46,574 nucleotides of DNA, taken from the NCBI GenBank assembly GCA_026394775.1, contig JAPLZY010000009.1:1-46574 (forward strand), read 5' to 3'. Both the position numbers and the translations under genes were made by a program. Below, in pieces: positions 44,812 through 46,574 of the stretch; the first letter of the stretch is position 1; each line of letters starts with the position of its first letter. Source of the DNA: Candidatus Zambryskiibacteriota bacterium. GTDB lineage: Bacteria > Patescibacteriota > Minisyncoccia > Phycocordibacterales > DATDWN01. The notes under the pieces are model-generated. The model made no database searches. It had not been told where the DNA came from and saw only the letters and a list, made by a program, of their open reading frames with translations.

Positions 44812-45621
44812 TTAGTTAGTTATTGTGGTTGTTGTTGCTTGAACATTCATACCCTTAAAACTTTTCAACGCCTTCTCAATTGCCTTATGTGCACCTTTGA
44901 TATCTTCTTCCACTGCTTTTGCTTGTGTTTTTAGAGTAGCTGCTGTGCTTGATGAAATTGTACTATCTGTGGGAACAACAAGAGCATCTACTTTTACTTT
45001 TGCACTTGCAAGAAATGTTTTCGCTTCTGCTGAAGCAGCTACCGCTACTGTCACATCACCACCTTTTTCTTGAATTTTTGTAATACGTGAATCAAGCTTT
45101 GCTACTATCTTCTCAAGACGAGTAATGGTTGCATTGAGGCGTGTAACGACAATCTTAACCATTGTTTCAATACGAGCATTACCTCTTTTTTCTTTAGCTT
45201 CGTCACGAAAATCCTCTCGTTTTTCTTTTGTTTCTTCTCTAAATTCTTTTCGATCCTCCCGTGCACCCTCACGAAATTCTTTTCGCATTGCAGGTGTGGT
45301 AGATGCGGTGCTTGATGCCATCATCTTTCGGTCCTCTTTTATCCCTTCGTACATAGCTTTACGATCCTCACTGATACCTTTTTGCATATCTTTTCGATCG
45401 CCCCTGATTTCTTTGTTAACTTCCTGCATAGTTGTTCGGAGTTCTGGCTTCAGTGGTCGTACGAGTGGTTTTCGCATGGCACCACCTTCGCTAGTTTCCG
45501 TAGAGGCAGTAACTTCCACATTTGTAGCGGCTGCTGTACCTGTTTCTTGTGCATACACTGCTGGCGCAAGCAACGTCAGTGCTACAAGTGCGATTATGTT
45601 TACGTATAAATGTTTTTTCAT
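44812..45621 (-). CDS. Secreted charged coiled-coil protein
   Basis: Signal peptide (AVYA), ~11-residue E/R/K repeats, helical C-terminus. Confidence 0.75.
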   Translation of the reverse strand: MKKHLYVNIIALVALTLLAPAVYAQETGTAAATNVEVTASTETSEGGAMRKPLVRPLKPELRTTMQEVNKEIRGDRKDMQKGISEDRKAMYEGIKEDRKMMASSTASTTPAMRKEFREGAREDRKEFREETKEKREDFRDEAKEKRGNARIETMVKIVVTRLNATITRLEKIVAKLDSRITKIQEKGGDVTVAVAASAEAKTFLASAKVKVDALVVPTDSTISSSTAATLKTQAKAVEEDIKGAHKAIEKALKSFKGMNVQATTTTITN

Positions 45622-45739
45622 ATAAATTTAGTTTAATTTTATAGATACAGCGGTCACTATATCCGTCCTGCCATTATATCAAAAAATCCTACACTTATGT
45701 AAGTAAGGTAGGATTTTCTGTGGATTAACGCAGATTAAA

Positions 45740-46324
45740 TTACTCGAAGTTTTTGAGGTAAATTTCATTGTAACGCTCTTCACATTCAACAATCACCTTC
45801 AGGGCTTCATTTTTATCAAAAAAGCCTTTAGTTATACCAGTTCCTGGTTTTTTGAGGTATTTGATATGCTCCCAGAAGTAGGTAGTTTCTTTTTTAAACT
45901 GATCACCGATGTCTTCAATTGACTGAATATGGTCACTTCGACGGTCATCAGCGAGTACTGCAATAATTTTATCATCAATTTCACCTGCATCTTCAAATTT
46001 CATAACACCAATGATACGAGCTTCTACAAGGCAGTTTGGAATGAGAGGCTCTAAAAGGTTAACAATACAGATATCGAGGGGGTCATTATCGTAGTCCCAT
46101 GTGTGCGGGATTGCTCCATACGCAAAAGGGTAGGCAAGAGAGGAATATCCTACACGGTCGAGCTTGAGCTGGCCTGTTTCGGTAATAATCTCATATTTAC
46201 TGATTGTTCCAGGGTTTATTTCAACAACTGTGTTTACAATATCGGTCTTATCTTCTACAAGGGCAGGGAGTACATGCAACAAGTTAAGCATGTATTTTGA
46301 TGGTTTGTGGTTTATATTTGCCAT
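45740..46324 (-). CDS. ppa: Family I inorganic pyrophosphatase
   Basis: VVEI..G..SKYE, LDRV, YPFAYG, DNDPLDI, DAGEIDDKII. Confidence 0.93.
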   Translation of the reverse strand: MANINHKPSKYMLNLLHVLPALVEDKTDIVNTVVEINPGTISKYEIITETGQLKLDRVGYSSLAYPFAYGAIPHTWDYDNDPLDICIVNLLEPLIPNCLVEARIIGVMKFEDAGEIDDKIIAVLADDRRSDHIQSIEDIGDQFKKETTYFWEHIKYLKKPGTGITKGFFDKNEALKVIVECEERYNEIYLKNFE

Positions 46325-46387
46325 ATAATGAGTCTTATTAAGGGTTAATATGGCAATCATACAGGAAAAAAAGTCTGATCGAAAGAG

Positions 46388-46416
46388 TTGACAAGTAAGT
46401 TTATATGGTGTATTAT
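46388..46416 (+). promoter_or_regulatory. Sigma70-like promoter divergent from ppa
   Basis: TTGACA-17 nt-TATTAT. Confidence 0.6.
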
Positions 46417-46574
46417 ATAGAAGTACAGTTCAAACCTCTAGTTACCCCTCAAGTAGGACAGATTGAATATTTACATAATAACTCATTGGAGTTCTAAACC
46501 CAAGCACTTCTCTCGGTCGGTCATTGAGAAAGGAAAGTATTTCCTGCATTTCTTCCTCACTGACGGTACTAATA

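Noticed and set aside
1165-46300. Numerous antisense or alternate-frame ORFs in the track (e.g. 1165-1671, 10038-10583, 29170-29691, 36654-37139, 45125-45625)
   Set aside because: They are shadows of well-supported genes on the opposite strand or in another frame.

Overview
Chromosomal segment that looks like a Patescibacteria/CPR (Parcubacteria-like) genome. This is inferred from the gene content and from -10 boxes sitting directly upstream of start codons without Shine-Dalgarno sites. The left third holds the end of an IS200/IS605 element, yidC, and an ~14 kb minus-strand type IV secretion-like cluster: VirB6-like, PrgI, TraC-like, a VirB4-like ATPase with a 663-aa LAGLIDADG intein inside its Walker A motif, and a pilin-like protein fused to a lysozyme-like domain. 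The rest is mostly housekeeping (rsmA, pcrA, LysM-M23, comM, dksA-like, NYN, rpsO, xer, xth, cca, yraN, relBE-type TA, HU, rny, clpP, rsmE, tig, ppa) with four tRNAs and a cluster of seven parS-like sites. The most unusual signals are non-coding: (1) an intact tRNA-Pro nested inside the split halves of a decayed second tRNA-Pro and bracketed by a perfect 25-bp inverted repeat; (2) at least three dispersed families of structured repeats, two showing compensatory base changes, one copy inserted cleanly into a tRNA T-arm; (3) an NYN ribonuclease gene with structured non-coding blocks on both sides. All calls come from reading motifs by eye; no database searches were run.
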